Source of the DNA: a bacterium
Lineage (GTDB): Bacteria > UBA8248
NCBI GenBank assembly: GCA_965213685.1
Contig: CBDBZY010000064.1
Span: 1,024,001-1,088,000, forward strand
Length of the DNA: 64,000 nt
Direction of reading: 5' to 3'
The notes under the pieces are model-generated. The model was given only the letters and a program-made list of their open reading frames with translations. It ran no database searches and was not told the origin of the DNA. This document shows positions 1 through 25,484 of this stretch, in pieces. Position 1 is the stretch's first letter; each line of letters begins with the position of its first letter. The position numbers and the translations under genes were made by a program.

Positions 1-1139
1 GAGTGAATTTGGGTACAAAATTGCGCAAAGAACGATGCGTTTAAGTATCCGTGGAAGCACCAGGTGAGTAGCTACAGTCTTACATAAACAGTATAATTCA
101 CTAAGTACACTGAAGTAGGATACACGTTATGCAATCTTTCAAGTGGAAGAATGTCAAGTAGTGGAGTACACCAAAGGAAAAAAACGTGTCCCTAGCAGAC
201 TGGTTTTCTCAGATGTACTCTATGCCATGAGTTGCAGGCACGATATACTCATCCAGTTAGTTGGAAGAATCCAAACATACTTCCCTTTGTATGTGGTGAG
301 GAGGCCATCCATCCAGAGAGCTGTATCTGCTGGAATTGCCGTGACAACATTGGGCTAGGGATGAAAAACCCAGCTATGTTCAAACCTAGATGGGAGAAGA
401 GAAGAGACGATATTGGCAGATATGGAGCAAACCATACACTACAGCACAGTATCTGACACACAGGAAGAGTCTGTGGATGAGATCATGGAAAGGGTGTTTG
501 GAGAGAACTGGAATGATGAAGAGAGTAGTGAAGAACACAGCTCTGACAGTGATAGAGACTGAATGGCACATACTCTAGTCACTCACAATGCAAGTAAATT
601 TTTGCCGTTTTGTCACTAGCACAACTCCATTCTTGTAAGTCAGAACAACTCACTGTTTACTTTATCACTGCATCCATCCTTGCACTGCACGCAGCTCTTA
701 TATCATCGTGATAGAGGGGTCAGGACTGCTATTGTATGTTGAATGCTTTGGGAGACCCCGTTTGGAACACGCTCCGTAGCTAAGGCCCTGGAGCAGCTAC
801 GTCCTTCGGACAAAAACAACCGTATGCACAAAGACGTTGAGTACAAGGTACACGAATTTTGTTTCTCTACTCTGTACCGTTCCAGAGTGTGCGGCTCGAA
901 AATCCGAGTCAGAGAACGGGCGTATTTCACGGAAGCAATTTGCAATGACGTAATCAAAAATTGTTGCACCGCAAATAAATTGTACGTGCGTCAATGTGCG
1001 CTGACGGCCACTCTGCATCTGCGTAATCGATCAGGCTAGAGCTTCAATATTTCTTTTTCGCTTATTTAAAGATTTGGTTTACAGCTGTTTTGGAAGCTGC
1101 GCGCGCGCAGGCTTTTTCGCGTGTTTAGTAAACGGTTTC

Positions 1140-1313
1140 TCAACAGCCCCAGAATGCACCAAAATGCGTCTCAGAGAATCAGTTTTTCAAATTTCCTGGG
1201 GGGGCATGCCCCCACACCCCCCTAGAAAAGGCCGCTTACGCGTACGCGGCTGCCACCTTTGGCGGCACACAACATATGGAACCCCCCTTTCTCTAAATTC
1301 TAGATCTGCCACT
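1140..1313. mobile_element. One end of an hAT-like MITE
   Basis: Contains GGGGGGCATGCCCCCACACCCCC and ends TCTAGATCTGCCACTA, a terminus style typical of invertebrate hAT-type non-autonomous elements. The partner end was not found. Confidence 0.4.
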
Positions 1314-1325
1314 ACTGTCCACTTT

Positions 1326-1404
1326 CCAAAGAATTGCTGTCGTTTTAGCGTTGGTAAATGTAGGGGGAAAGCGACGGTACGCTAAAACGACAGCAATTCT
1401 TTGG
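1326..1404. repeat. Perfect 26-bp inverted repeat with a 27-nt spacer
   Basis: CCAAAGAATTGCTGTCGTTTTAGCGT at 1326-1351 and its reverse complement at 1379-1404. Confidence 0.85.
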
Positions 1405-2146
1405 CGCGGTTACAAATTCGCTGGGAAAAAATTCATATTTCCCGCTACCGTTGGACGTGCGGCGCTGTGTGGCGCCAACCGGTGAAGAGGTGGATGCTCG
1501 CCAAAGGGGAGTGAACTAGTTTATGCGCAATGGGTTGCTCGAGGCTTGGCCTGCTACTTTACGGCAGAATTTGCTACCGTTTTTCTAAATTCCGCAGCAC
1601 GAAGAAAACGATTATATGTCTAGAAAGAAAGATTTAGCACGAATTTTTAAAGCAAACTTAGATAGCCAACATGCTTAGTAATCATCCATCGAAGTTTCGT
1701 CTCTGCAGCATTAGCCGTTATTGGAAAATTTTGTTTCTATAATTAGCGATATGCATATTGCGTAAATTTTATAATTCTATGAACCGACATATCACGCAAA
1801 ACTACGTTATTTCGCTAACAGGCATCATTAGGAAAATACAATAAAACATAAATCAGGCAAAATCATGTCTTAGGGTCGTCCTGCCTTAATTGGCGTGGAC
1901 GAAACGCGCACGTGCAGTAACGTAGCCCACGCATTACGCCCTCTAAATCACCTTTCACATTAGCTCGCGTACGCTGGAAGAGCCTGATCGATCGCCCAGC
2001 ACAGAGCCGCTCTCTTCTTTGCAGGGATTCTCTGTTGTCAGTTGTTACCCTACGTCGAGTTACAGGTACAATGCATACAAACGTGCGCATAACTCTACCT
2101 CGCCCTGCGATGGACTGTAAATGCCACACAGCGTTCTAGCCCATCC

Positions 2147-3144
<998 letters not shown>

Positions 3145-3353
3145 GGCTATACATCCCAATAGCTCATCTACGAGTCTTTGTTGTATAAAGAACCACTCTG
3201 TGTTCGAGTTTAGAAAGCAAAATCGGCACCTCACGTGAATGTGGTTTTCCCCGCCCACGTTAATTAAACGTCTCGCGTTTACGCTATTTCGGAGCTCAGG
3301 CTCTCCCCTTTCCTAATTTTACGGGTTCAAAGGTCACGCATCAACAGCGCGCG

Positions 3354-4590
3354 TAGGGCACGCCGTTAGTAACAAAAATCATCTGGTCTCAGGTCGACCT
3401 CAGATTGACACACGCGGACCGTCATCGGGACTGTACCCATTGCCACGTGTACTCCAAACATGGCGGAGAGTGCTGGTGACACGGTTAGCCTGCTGGTGTG
3501 TCTGGGCGAGAGAAAGAGGCCCATTTTCGTTGAGCAGAGGAGCGACGTTTAATGAGCTGAGGCTTGAGATTGTTGAGGCGTTCAGGGATGTTTTTGGGAT
3601 ATATATGTCTCAGACAACACTAGCACTATTATTGAACACCTTTGTATACACCATGCATCATGGGGAGAGCATTTAGTAAACCACCCATGCACTAGAACAC
3701 TGGTATAGTCACCCAACTTCTGAGACGAGGTAATATTTACTTTCCTTCATCTCCAATTACTAGTAGTCCTGTCTTGAGCCCTGTAGCTAGTATAATAAAC
3801 TAAAGAAAACTGGCTGGAAATAATGAACTGTCAACAGATCTAGACTAAACTTTGGAGGGCAACAAAATCACCCATAAGTCACAACTTATAAGTCCCACTC
3901 ATGCAGACTCAATTTCATTTTTTGCAAATTTCAATGGCCAAATTGGTTCATATACATGAAATCCAACAAGACTACTGACCAGATATACGCATGTTCATGT
4001 AGCTCCATACCATGGTTTTGGCTTTGGGAGAGAGGATGCACCTGTTATCTCAATCGAGCAACTAACTCCGCTGATAGATCAAGGTTAATACTTGGAACAT
4101 TGACATATTCAGGATTGTCATCAATAGGGAGTAGGCTGGTGTCATCAATGCCATACATTGTGTACTCGCAGCGAAACTATTAGTCTTCTAAGTTCAACAA
4201 TCCTGTCTCTAAAACGATGTAACACCTGATCACTGTTCCCTCCACTCGCGATGTCCGGGCGGGCTGCCGTGTTCACCACTAAGCCTGCTAACAGAGCTCT
4301 AGTCGTTCAGATGCGTACTCCGCATAGGGTAGTCTTGCAATACCAAACTGGCGCTCCAAGTCTCTGAAAGTTGTGCGAAGTATTCGTTCCAGCCCCAAGT
4401 AACAGAGTCTGTACTTTCAGCCATGGGTTAGGTTTGAAATTCTATTTATTGCCGCTTACTTCAGCAAGGCTATGAGGCGTGCCACCGCTTGCTGTCAATC
4501 TGAGGTCGACCTGAGACCGCTCGGGTCGACCTGAGAAGTTCTCAGGTCGACCTGAGACCAGATGATTTTTGTTACTAACGGCGTGCCATA
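3354..4590. mobile_element. Internally deleted IS3EU-like DNA transposon
   Basis: About 45-bp TIRs (TAGGGCACGCCGTTAGTAACAAAAATCATCTGGTCTCAGGTCGACCT / ...GGCGTGCCATA) and a 6-bp TSD CGCGCG at 3348-3353 and 4591-4596. Subterminal GGTCGACC palindromes. Convergent ORF stumps, including minus-strand YGIDD..VNVP..HPLSQSQNHGMEL resembling an integrase-type transposase C-terminus. Confidence 0.7.
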
Positions 4591-4699
4591 CGCGCGCGGG
4601 GGAGAGCCTGGGGACGAGGCTAGTGCCACATGCTCCTTACCGTATCTTCAGCATCTAAGCTCAACTCACACCAACAGATTTCCTCATATCTGTGTTGTA

Positions 4700-6480
4700 G
4701 AAAGGAATATGTTGTTGTTGAGCGAGCATCATCCAGTACTACCTATATATCTTTCATCTCAACAACTGCGTTGTGGGATCCCGGCCTTTTGGCCACAAAG
4801 CAGCAGCTCATGCTGCTCGACTCTATCTGCATGGTATGCCCTCCTGTTGAAGCTTGACTTCAGGAATGCCTTCAACACATTGACAAGGGACAAAATGTTG
4901 GAGTCAGTGAAGGATCATGCCCCAGAGTTGTTCAGCTTCATCCATGCAGCCTATGGAGAACCCTCACTTTTGTTCTGTGGCCAACACACCTTAGTCTCGG
5001 CTGAGGAAGTTCAGCAAGGGGATCCACTTGGCCCATTCTTCTTTTGCCTTACCATTCAACTGCTTGTGCTCCAGCTTCGATGAGAGTTCAAGGTTTTATT
5101 ACTCTCATTGAAGCTTCAGCACAAGCAGTTGAATGGTGTGTTGGCCACAGAACAAAAGTGGGGGTTCTCCATAGGCTGCGTGGATGAAGCTGAACAACTC
5201 TGGGACATGATCTAACAACCTTACTACATTAGACAATGGCACCATTGGGGGCAGCGCAGAGGATATAATCTATGACATGGAAGAACAGGCAGGTCTTCTG
5301 GGATTGTGCTTCAATCATGCAAAGACAGAGCTTATTTGTGATGATGAATACACCAGAAATGTTGTTCTTTCATCAATGTCTTATTTACAGGTGACCAGTT
5401 GCAAACAAACGACACTCCTTAGGGCTCCTATTGGCAGCCTTGAGGTGATTGATAGCACAATCGCAGCAAACATTGACAAGCTGACAATAATGGGAGAGAG
5501 ACTGCTACATCTACCTCTCAAAGATGCTTTCCTATTCCCTAGCCATCCCTCGACTCCTTTACATCCTGTGGACTTCACCGTGTTTTTTTTCAACTCAATC
5601 AAAAGGTTTGATGATACTCTCAATCGCATATTGTGTCAAGTCTTGAATGTCGACCTCAGTCAGGACTTGGCATGGCTGCAGGCTTCACTCCCAGTACGTG
5701 CTGGAGGTCTTGGTGTACGTCGAGCAACACAGCTGGCACCCTCAGCCTTTCTAGCCTCTGCTGCTGGTTGCTCCTACCTCGTACAACAGATCATGCGTTC
5801 ATCAGCTGTCTTTCTAGATCCAGATTGAAGTATTGAATCTGCAATTTCCATCTGGAGCCAGGGCCACTCAGAATCACCTCCATCACCTCCCAACTCATTT
5901 CAGCTGCACACATGGGATGAACCTCATGTTGTAGCCACTTATAACAAGTCATTAGACCATGCGCAGGACAACCAGACCAAAGCTTGACTCCTGGCTGTCT
6001 CTTGTCCAGAGTCTTGAGCATGGCTGAATGCTTTGCCTGTTGCTGCACTTGGTTTGCATATGAGTGACGATGTGATTAGGGTTGCTGCTGGGTTACGATT
6101 GGGGGTACCACTCTGCCAGCCTCATCATTGTACAACTGCAGAGCACATGTTGACACCCTTGGTACACATGGTCTTAGCTGCCAATTCAGTAGGGGGCGCC
6201 AACCTCGGCATGCATCTCTAAATGACATCACTGAACAGATATTAGAAGTAGCAAAGGTTCCCTGTCACCTGGAGCCAAGTGGTCTTCTCCGTTCAGATGG
6301 AAAGACACCAGATAGGACCACCTTAGTTCCGTGGCAGTGTGGAAAGGTGCTTGTATGGGATGCCACATGCCCAGACACTCTGGCCCCATCACACTCAGCA
6401 TTGGCAACAAGAGAAGCATGTGCTGTAGCACCAGATTCTGAACACAAAAAAAATACAAAAGAACTTGCACCTGTTACCAT
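4700..6480 (+). mobile_element. Degenerate CRE-like RLE non-LTR retrotransposon
   Basis: Frameshifted pieces: KLDFRNAFN, VQQGDPLGP, LDNGTIGG, ASLPVRAGGLG, LAPSAFLAS, zinc knuckle C..C...H.LSC, RH..LND, and RLE motif [22 protein letters not shown]. Confidence 0.85.
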
Positions 6481-6601
6481 CCCATCACTTCATTCCAATT
6501 GTTGTACATTCTCCTAATGGTCTAAAAAAGGTCAGTGATGTATTGACATGTGGTCGGGTGTCAGACAATAGTGAACAAGGGGTCATACCATCTGCATTGG
6601 G

Positions 6602-6980
6602 CTACTTGTGAGAGTCCTACAAGAAGTCCGAGTTGCTGGGTTAAAGTGCCCCAGAACAAGATGCGTTACGATACAGCTACATGTATACGAGCGTGAACTG
6701 GTGAAACAACTCATTTTGCTCGCATACACCCCTAATCTCGCCATCGTAGCCTTGTGGCGCCACATCCTTTCATACCGCATAAGGCGTGGCTCACGAGGCT
6801 ACAATGTACAATTATACCCTACGTCGCGCACAGACTGCGCGCGCGCGGACTGCGGCCTCATAATACTTGTTCCCGAGAGCCCTTACTTGTGAGAGTCCTA
6901 CAAGTAAACCTAGTGGCTGGGTCGACGTGTCCCTGGACAAGGTGCGTGCTTATCTACATGTATACGCTCGTGAACCAGCA
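6602..6980 (+). repeat. Diverged direct duplication of about 95 bp
   Basis: TACTTGTGAGAGTCCTACAAG...CTACATGTATACG.CGTGAAC occurs near 6603 and again near 6884. Confidence 0.65.
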
Positions 6981-8977
6981 AAATAACTAGGTGGATAGGT
7001 ACTTACTCGTATTTTGGAAAGAGGGGCAAGTAAGATCTTAGATAGTTCATATATCTAAGGTAAGATTGACGCGAGAATTGGTAACTATGTCTTAGCCTAC
7101 AGCTTCAATATACATTGTACATGTAATTCCTTTTGCAGTGACCGTAATCAAACGAAAAGCTCGGCAGTTTCTCTCTGATGGAAAAGTGTAAGCCACAGAA
7201 ACTGATCCTTGCTTAGAAACTTTTTGCATATTCAAGCTTTGATGTGGGACACAATTGTGAGGTTGTTGAACCGTGTAGAAACTCCTGTCAGGTCACTAAC
7301 CAGTTAGAAGCTTGAATATGCACATATTTTCTAAGTAATATTATACTCTACTCTAAGCCTTTGCACAGCACTGGAAGGCTTCCCTTAACAGAGCTGCACA
7401 GCTGTCGCTATGATAACTGCCATATGTTGCTGAGGTGGTACTAAGCTCACTCTAATGTAAACAATTTTTTGATTAACAAACCAACTAATGTTTGTATGTA
7501 TTTATTATGCATACTCCTGCAGGTACAATGAGATATTTGCATATTTAAAGATTAACTCCAACCCATAGTAACTGTTATCTCAGTTGCATATCAAGTAATA
7601 GATAATGTGCATTTGAAGTTCAATTTGTGGGAATGAGGGGTGTGGTCGAGAGACCCATACTGCACAAAGCACATGAGTGCTGTATGGATCTCGAGACCAT
7701 AGTCCTAGTTCCCATAAATCATGTATTGACCCCAAACACACATTATGTGTTTTATTGTGACTTTTCCAAAGCTACATGTAGCTTACCATTGCAGGATATG
7801 CAAGCAAAATGTCACCATTCAAATAGTTTTCTATTGAATGTTCAAAATTGCATACATTACGCTTTGTGCAATAGAATAGGAAGTAAAGGTATGGGTGGTG
7901 TCTTTGATCTGCCCACGCAAGTCACAATAAATATATTTAATTGTAAAACTTTTCTTGACCTACATAGGTGTTAGAACAGGTGAAGTGGTGCTAGTATTAT
8001 GAGGATCATGCCAGGAATATGCCAGTACATAATCTGTTTTGAAGATGTCTAGGCATGTATATTGTAGGAGCAAATTCCCATGCAAAGCATGCAGTGTTTT
8101 GATTCACAAGGATACAGAACATCTCCCACAACAATCGCAAGTGTAGGTAGGAGAGGACATCCAACTATAAGCTGAAAACATCTGTGTGATGCCTAGCAAA
8201 GCTGCATTCCAAAGGTGAAGGGTACATGAAACCCTTTTCATTGTACACACACTCAACACTGCATAGAAAGTGCTTGAGAGTTACATATTTGTCTCTTCTG
8301 AACTGTGATGATCAGGGATGTAGCAAGCCCTTCGTAAGTGGTACGGTAAGGGGTGTGGCTAAACTCCTCCCTCACATTCTGCGTTAGTTAGACTGCTTGT
8401 GGAGAGCAAGAACACAGCAAAAAAGGAGATGGTTGTTTTAACCTTGCTATGGTTTACTCAGTTGCACCTGAGTGTTGCCATGTCACCCCCGCATTGAGTT
8501 TCATTTCTCATACACTCTTGAGGCTGAATGCACGTGTGCAGTGTATAGGGGTAAACAGCCCATATAAGAGTGGTCACTGCTATGTCTTGCAAAATGGACT
8601 AAGGGAGTGTCATTCGTTCTACCATTCAATCCCTTAGCAAATTGACCATATTGCTTTTATACACATTCCTCACATCTGTTCAGTGCCAGCTGCTGTGAGA
8701 TCAAACAAGCAACTGAGATAACCACATTTGTGGGTTAAAGTAACCATGGACTTTTTGCAGTGAAGGCGTCACACCACGGATAGTGCTAGCCTCATGTGGC
8801 AGCAGGGTGGGCCATGTGGGCCATGGCCCACCCAACTTTTAGACTGGGCAAACTTTTTGTCTCCTTTATGAACGTTCTTTTGGTCCACTACCATGCACAA
8901 TATTCGCTGGTGTTGTATTTTGACGAGAATATCTTTAATGTACTGTAATTAACCATTTGTACTTTCTCTTCTTTTAG

Positions 8978-20590
<11,613 letters not shown>

Positions 20591-21108
20591 AGCATTGTGC
20601 CCATGGTATCTCCTCTGCCTCATGCATGATTTTATTCCGATATCATCATTTTTTTGTGCCATAGTGATTCATTTTGGCCTCATTCTATATACATGAAGCA
20701 ACACCAGCAGGTTAACCTGAGTGAGTAATAGCAGTTATGGGGTAACTCTTCTCTTTCACATGAATGCTACAATGCTTTGGAGTATGAAAACGTGGTTGCC
20801 ATAATCACAGAGAGAGAGAAGCTTACATGAGAAAGTTGTGTACTATCTACTCAGCATACTACAGTTTTGACCACTGTACAGTACTGAGAGTGTACAGTAC
20901 ACAAGCATTGTACGCATGAACCTTACATGCACCATGCATTACGTACAAGGTAACTTGGTACCTGGTGCATTTCCCACACTACCATGAAACTCGCTCCTCC
21001 ATGCACATACTATGTACATTGTCTATGACCAAGGTCTGAGTGTTTACACTCCATATTTGACAGAACATTGCTATGCATGTCAGTCATCAAACAAATCAGT
21101 GTGATCTC

Positions 21109-22325
21109 TCACAGTCTGTTCACAATCACAGAGGATTGTTGTGAATGCTGTTCTTCTGGGTGAAGAGAACAATAGAAATCTACCTCAGGATGAAGTGTAT
21201 GATGTAAGTGATGCTTGTCTTCACTGCTTAGCTGACCAAGGAACTGGTATATAGAGTGATAAGAAGTGATGGAGGGGTAGTATGAAGGGGGGATGGTGAG
21301 ATAATTCATAAGGGCATACAGGTCATGATGTGAGTGAATGGCACATGGGTGACAGAGCTCCAAAAATGGGCTGAAGTGCTCATTGTATATATATATTGAA
21401 TGGGAAGAGTGCCATTAATTGGACAAACTCTTGGAATGTAGGGTGGATGTCTGTTGCTTGAGATGAGTTTCTGAGAGTGTGCCAAGATGATAGCCATGCT
21501 CGGTACTCTTCTCTGCGGAAGTGTGATAGGGGGAATATCTGGGTGTGTGCTGGAAAGTGCTTATGTTGCTCATAAATATAACAAGATTCCAGTTTATTCC
21601 TATATGCTGATAAGAGTCTTTCAAGTGACTGCCTTATAATAGCAAATAGTTTTGTAGTCTGTGAAGAGTACCTAGGAAAGTTAAGTCCTTGAAATGATTT
21701 CACGATTCACCTGCAATACAAGTCTGAAATTGCAACAATCACTGTAGTAGCCCAGTTTCCAGATTCCCCCCTTGGGTGCACAAATGTTGACCTTTGCACC
21801 CAAAGGGAAATTAGTACACATAATTTGACCTTTGCACCCCAAAGGAAAATGGGTAATGCTGGCATAGAAGGATAATTGAATGTACTATATTATTACATTA
21901 TACTATGCAAAAAGAGTTCATATACACTATACACACCTCCTTTAGCACTTCCTCTGCTGGCCTCTTCTGCTGTGCTGACTCAGGAGCAAGCACACCATTA
22001 AGAATCAGCAAGAGTCGCTTCATGTTAGAGCAGCCATTCTTAGGGACATAGCAGAACACAATCTTCTTTGAGCCATTGTAGAGAAGGTGTGTGAATAGAG
22101 TGCTCAAGTCCTCAGGGCTTGATGGCAAGATGGAAAGGTGTAATTTGCTCTTTCGCAGAATTGCTCTACTTGAGTCTGTTGAAACTGTGTACATGTACAG
22201 TATAATAAATACCGTATACCGTAAATCTTATGGTTTACATTCTCCATGTGAGTCACTTCTAAGAGCACTTTCATGCCAGTAGTCATTCTTATGTGCTCTG
22301 CTCCTTCTTTGCTGTATCTTGCACC
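21109..22325 (-). pseudogene. Carbohydrate sulfotransferase D, frameshifted paralog of gene C
   Basis: FQQTQVEQFCE, HLLYNGSKKIVFCYVPKNGCSNMKRL, LERLLSAYRNK, PTFQEFV, HPCAI and DFYCSLHPEE are spread over several frames. The 5' end abuts retroelement debris. Confidence 0.8.
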
Positions 22326-22362
22326 TTGCTAAAATAATAAGAATAATAGTAATAATAAAAAC

Positions 22363-22900
22363 ATGCTTTTGGAGGAGGCTCCAGATAGTCAGACCAAGGC
22401 CCGTCTCTTGGCTGTTGCATGCCCAGAGTCAGGCGCCTGGCTCAATGCACTCCCTATTGCTGCCTTGGGCCTGTGCTTGAGTGATGATGTGGTAAGAATG
22501 GCAGTTGGCCTCAGGCTTGGAGCATCTCTCTGCCGACCACACATTTGCTCATGCTGCGGGGCAGCAGACTTGGGACACATGGCCTGAGTTGTCGTTTCAG
22601 TAAGGGCCGTCAATCTCGTCATCAAGAGAAGCCTGCAGTTGCTACAGACGCAGAGTTTCAGAAAAAGCAAAAGTAATAACTGTATGCTTACCTTTCCAGC
22701 TTGGGTATATTTATCCCCATTGCTGTGAAGACTTTGGGAGCATTTGGGGTGGAAGCTTGAGGTTTGTTCAAGGAACTGGCCTGATGAATGAGACATGTTA
22801 CAGACGACCACATGACGCACCAACACTTGGTGCAATGTGTCTCAGTGTTTATACAGAAGGGGAATACAGCTGCTGTTCTTAGGGGTATGGAAGGTGGGAG
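22363..22900 (+). mobile_element. CRE-like retrotransposon 3' fragment
   Basis: [30 protein letters not shown], followed by P.AV.TLGAFG and QKGNTAAVLG in broken frames. Confidence 0.8.
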
Positions 22901-23034
22901 TGGAGATCAGTTTGTTTTGAACTGTTTTGTCTTTGTTTTTTGTTGTTTGTTTTTTCTTTGCTAGTTTATGTTTTGTGTTGATGTGTTTTGTTTTACATTG
23001 ATACTTAACATTTATTCTTCTTATTGTATTTAAT

Positions 23035-23757
23035 TTGCTACTTCTAATGTCCATTCAATGATGTCATTTAGAGATGCATGCCAAGGTTGGCGCTCCCTAC
23101 TGAATCGGCAACTAAGACCATGTATACCAAGGGTGTCAACATGTGCTCTGCAGTTGGTACAATGATGAGGCTGGCAGAGTGGTACCCCCAATCATAACCC
23201 AGCAGCAACCCTAATCACATTGTCACTCATACGCAAACCGAGTGCAGCAACAGGCAAAGCATTCAGCCACACTCCAGACTCTGGACAAGAGCGGCCAGGA
23301 GTCGAGCTTTGGTCTGGCTGTCCTGTGCATGGTCTAACAACTTGTTATAAGTGGCTACAACATGAGGTTCATCCCATGTGCGCAGCTGAAATGAGTTGGG
23401 AGGTGATGGAGGTGATTCTGAGTGGCCCTGGCTCCAGATGGAAATTGCAGATTCAATACTTGGATCTGGATCTAGAAAGACAGCTGATGAAGGCATGATC
23501 TGTTGTACAAGGTAGGAGCGACCAGCAGCAGAGGCTAGAAAGGTTGAGGGTGCCAGCTGTGTTGCTTGACATACACCAAGACCTCCAGCATGTATCAGAA
23601 GTGAAGCCTGCAGCCATGCCAAGTCCTGACTGACATCGACATTCAAGACTGGACACAATATGCGATTGAGAGTATCATCAAAAAACTTTTAATTGAGTTG
23701 AGAGAAAACACGGTGCAGTCCGCAGGATGTAAAGGAGTCGAGGGATGGCCAGGGATT
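23035..23757 (-). mobile_element. Inverted copy of the CRE-like segment at about 5540-6255
   Basis: Near-identical by eye, including translations VLNVD.SQDLAWLQASL and SSAVFLDPD. Confidence 0.85.
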
Positions 23758-23759
23758 AA

Positions 23760-25484
23760 GTGCAGCCTATGTGAGTACTGAGCCTGGTAAACGAAAACAT
23801 GAACCAGGGAGTGTTGGAGGGGCGGTATCTGAGGCGTTGTTCTTCAGCCGGAGGTGGTGAGAAATGCTGAGAGAAGAGCATTATTGTTCCAACCTTGTAG
23901 CATTTGTTATTGATGAGGCTAACTGCATCAAAAAGTGGTAAGTCTTAGCCCCAGTATAAGATTTGCTGCTTTAACGTTGCTTTATCTATGCAGGGGATCG
24001 AGATACATTTCTGAGGGAGTTCTCTAGGCTTGGTTTGTAGCATTCTACCGCCCACAGTACATGTCATGGCCCTCACTGCAACTGCTACCATTACACTCAG
24101 GACATCTGTGATGAAAACATTAAGCATGCGGCAAGCTGCAATAGTAGCAGTTTCGCCGGATAAGTGTAACATCACACTGCAAATATACTTTAATCAATTA
24201 ATATGGTTATCTCAGTTTCATGTTTGTTCCCACAATGCCTGACAGATGTAAACAGAAGCAAAGAATGTGCAAAATGTGTACACAATCCAACAATCCATTA
24301 GTCCATTGAGTATGACATAGCAGTGACCACCTGTAATGGGCTGTTTACTGTTATGGGCTGTTTATTCCCCACATGTCAAGTTCCCATCACAACACACATT
24401 ACTCTGGAGACTGTGTACACATTCCACACATGCACTCAGTCTCAAGAGTGTAGGAGAAATAAACACTCAGTGTGGAGGTGACAAGGTGTCATTCAGCTGC
24501 AACTGAGATAACCTTAGCAAGGTTGAAGTAACCATCTTTTTTTTGCAGTGCAAGTACTATTTTCAACAGTTGACGAGAGTTTCTGCCCCATCATCTTCAA
24601 GCTATTGGAGGAGAGTGCAAATGGGCCGCATGATTATATTCTGTCGAACATTTGATGATTGTATGACACTGTATACTTGACATTTAGGAAAGAACTAGAC
24701 ATTCAGGAAAGAGCTTCTTGTTTCCTCCAGATGCACCAGACCTCTCCAGGTATCATTTAGTGGACATGTATACATCATGCACAGAAACTACAGTTAAAAA
24801 CCAAATCAAGTCATTCACTTCAAGTTCACCTCTCAGGGTAGTCATAGCTACAATGGTATGGGTATGATATTTGCCAGATAATTCATTTTGGTGCTCCTGA
24901 GGATATTGAATCATACCTTCAGGCTACTGGGTGAGCTGGATGTGATGGATGTCAAGCTTATGCTCTTCTTATCAATAAGAAAACACATCATATGGAAAAA
25001 GCAATGGCAATGTAATACCTCGCAGTGCCGTTGTTAACTTTTACTTTGATGATTATACTACACCACATTTTGCTAGCAGATGTATGTGTTGTGATTTGTG
25101 TGCTGTGAATTGTGCCTGTAATGAATGTGGTAAAATAATGAAGATATGAAAAACAATTTGTGCTATATTGTAGAGGGGATGTGTTCATTCATCTATTTGC
25201 TCGGGTCTTTGTAATTGACCTTACTCAAGATGCTAGTAGTCTTTTCTCAGTTTTTCAAATGATCAGTACTCGTCCCACTGGATCTTTGCTACGTCAGCTC
25301 AGCGCGTAGCTACCCCCGCAGAGCAACGGTTCATAGGCGTGGCTCAGCTGTGGTAGCGAAGCCACGCCTATGCGGTTAGCACTCACTTATTTGTTACGTA
25401 ACCTCTTACATTCCGGGTCGATGTACACGGCGGTACCATGTCTATTTTTCGCGTACGATTAATAGGCGTGGCTTCGCGAGGCTA
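23760..25484 (+). mobile_element. AcademH-like relic with a RecQ-type SF2 helicase pseudogene
   Basis: Broken helicase motifs VIDEA.C.KKW (followed by a GT-AG intron), MALTATAT, SPDK.NI, IIFCRT, LRVVIAT, IHFGAPEDIESYLQ.TG.AG.DG and a Cys cluster. Ends TAGGCGTGGCTTCGCGAGGCTA. Confidence 0.7.
24175..24550. mobile_element. CACTG...CAGTG (EnSpm/CACTA-like) MITE inside the helicase relic
   Basis: Termini CACTGCAAA / TTTGCAGTG, subterminal GGTTATCTCAGTT / AACTGAGATAACC, 2-bp TSD CA. Confidence 0.65.

Noticed and set aside
1-600. Coding-like fragment ending in an acidic tail (EESVDEIMERVFGENWNDEESSEE)
   Set aside because: It is frameshifted, truncated by the window edge and has no motif I recognise, so it cannot be assigned.
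23760-25140. Host RecQ/WRN/BLM gene
   Set aside because: Multiple stops and frameshifts, a MITE insertion and a transposon-like terminus point to a TE-borne helicase relic.
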